Shown piece after piece: positions 62,628-64,000 of a DNA stretch of 64,000 nt. The stretch's first letter is position 1; each line of letters opens with the position of its first letter. A model generated the notes under the pieces. The model ran no database searches and had not been told where the DNA came from. It saw nothing but the letters and a program-made list of their open reading frames with translations. Location: positions 132,618,001-132,682,000 of the forward strand of contig NC_058376.1 in NCBI RefSeq assembly GCF_018350175.1, read 5' to 3'. The translations under genes were made by a program, and so were the position numbers. This stretch comes from Felis catus. Its lineage: Eukaryota.

Positions 62628-62808
62628 TTAGTAGGTCTCGGAATCAGAGTCATTGAGCTCGTCCACATCGGTGTATAAGTACTCCTGTTCCCCGCCAATG
62701 TTGTTGAAACTGCAATAGGAGCTAGGTTCATTCCTCATGATGGGCAAGGCTTCAAAGCTGACTGTTTTTGAGGTGTTGGTATAACGGTTAATGGCATTGA
62801 ATGTCAGG
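62628..62808 (-). CDS. ANKRD28: ANKRD28 (PP6 regulatory ankyrin repeat subunit A) terminal coding exon, visible part; its 5' part and acceptor lie in the gap 62809-62948
   Basis: LTFNAINRYTNTSKTVSFEALPIMRNEPSSYCSFNNIGGEQEYLYTDVDELNDSDSETY* matches the ANKRD28 C-terminus. Synteny is as expected, convergent with BTD. Confidence 0.93.
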
Positions 62809-63437
62809 NNNNNNNNNNNNNNNNNNNNNNNNNNNNNNNNNNNNNNNNNNNNNNNNNNNNNNNNNNNNNNNNNNNNNNNNNNNNNNNNNNNNNNNNNNNN
62901 NNNNNNNNNNNNNNNNNNNNNNNNNNNNNNNNNNNNNNNNNNNNNNNNTCCTGGGACCCACTGCATGGATATAAGGAAACAAGCTCAAATGGCCTTCAAT
63001 TTCAGACATGTTTTAAATTACCTGGTTTATAATGAACTGTTTAATTAAAACGATTTAGAAAATTTCCACTCAGTAGAAAAGAGAAAAGTCATAGAAATCT
63101 AGTATGAGAGGAGACCTTAGTTATGTTACAGAAGAGGAAAGAAACTGAGGCCCGGAGATGGTGATTGCTTCAAGATCCCAAAACTTAAACCATATCCACC
63201 TGAGTTCACAGAAGATACTGAGCTAGAATTTAAAAACAAAAACAAAAACACCTCAGACTGATAAAGCTTCCTTCAGAATGCTGGAAGAATCTTAATCATT
63301 AATTTCTAGTTACTTAAGAGTTTACATGCTGAGAAACCTAAAAGTGTACACATTCATGAATGAGGCACTGAGCAGGCGCCCAAAGATGGGTATTGAATGA
63401 AAGACAGTTGGCTATCGATCAACTTTTTGGTAAACTT

Positions 63438-63610
63438 TATTATTATTGTTTTTAATGTATTTATTTTGAGAGAAAGAGAGAGAAAATCCCAAGCAGACCC
63501 TATGCTGTCAGTGTGGAGCCCTACCTAGGGCTTGAACCCATGAACTGAGATCATGACCTAAGTCAAAACCAAGAGTTGGATGCTTAGCTGACTGAACTAA
63601 CCAGGCGCCC
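63438..63610 (-). mobile_element. Can-SINE (in the ANKRD28 last intron)
   Basis: SINE motifs. TSD ggtaaacttta. Confidence 0.88.
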
Positions 63611-63956
63611 CAAAACAGGTAAACTTTAAAAACTCCTAAGCCAAAACAAATGTTTTGCTTTCAACTGTTTCTTTCGTTAGAAGACTGACTAAGCTTAGCC
63701 TTAAGGCACTGCAAAGTATCAACAAACTGAGTAAGTAAACATTTGGTACCCCGGCTGGTACAAGACCCTGAGGATGAAGTGAAAGAGAAGATGGGGAGAG
63801 CACACAACACGATGTTCAGTTTAGATCACCCCATATGGAACTTTAGCAGCAAATGTCTTAAAGTTTTAATATACAGCTTCATTTTTGTTGCACATTTGGA
63901 CACAGTTTTCCCTATTACTATATACACTCATGTTTTAGCTTTCACACTCATATATG

Positions 63957-64000
63957 TACAAGCTGACCCTTGAACAATGTGGTGGGAAGCTAGGGGCACT
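63957..64000 (+). mobile_element. Tigger2-like DNA transposon terminus
   Basis: ta-caagctgacccttgaacaa resembles the Tigger2 TIR CAGTTGACCCTTGAACAA after a TA target. Confidence 0.55.

Noticed and set aside
62949-62966. MQWVPG start of ORF 62628-62966
   Set aside because: Intronic sequence joined across the gap. The true ANKRD28 acceptor lies within the Ns.

Overview
Mammalian genomic DNA from a felid, judged by the cat-type SINEC_Fc/Can-SINEs and a carnivore L1. It is the HACL1-BTD-ANKRD28 locus. Minus strand, left: HACL1 (2-hydroxyacyl-CoA lyase 1) exons 1-5, with exon 5 cut by the window edge. Head-to-head with it across a CpG-rich bidirectional promoter (~8.97-9.29 kb) is the complete plus-strand BTD (biotinidase) gene: first exon ~9.2-9.29 kb, coding exons at 31030-31294, 36596-36745 and 37726-38898, a GC-AG intron 2, and polyA signal at 39139. 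Minus strand, right: the terminal exon and ~3 kb 3'UTR of ANKRD28, partly in N gaps. The rest is intron or intergenic DNA with ~30 Can-SINEs, L1, MLT/MER LTRs, MER5/MER53/Tigger DNA transposons, MIR and L2. I see no wholly new biological system. The best leads are: (1) a relic duplication of the HACL1 exon 3-4 segment with the exons missing, carrying a covarying hairpin; (2) turnover of BTD first exons and start codons, plus a retained in-frame alternative exon at 27265-27330; (3) an N-gap pattern suggesting an ANKRD28 retrocopy elsewhere in the genome. Orthologue comparisons are from memory of the human proteins and need confirmation by alignment. Repeat subfamily names and boundaries are approximate.
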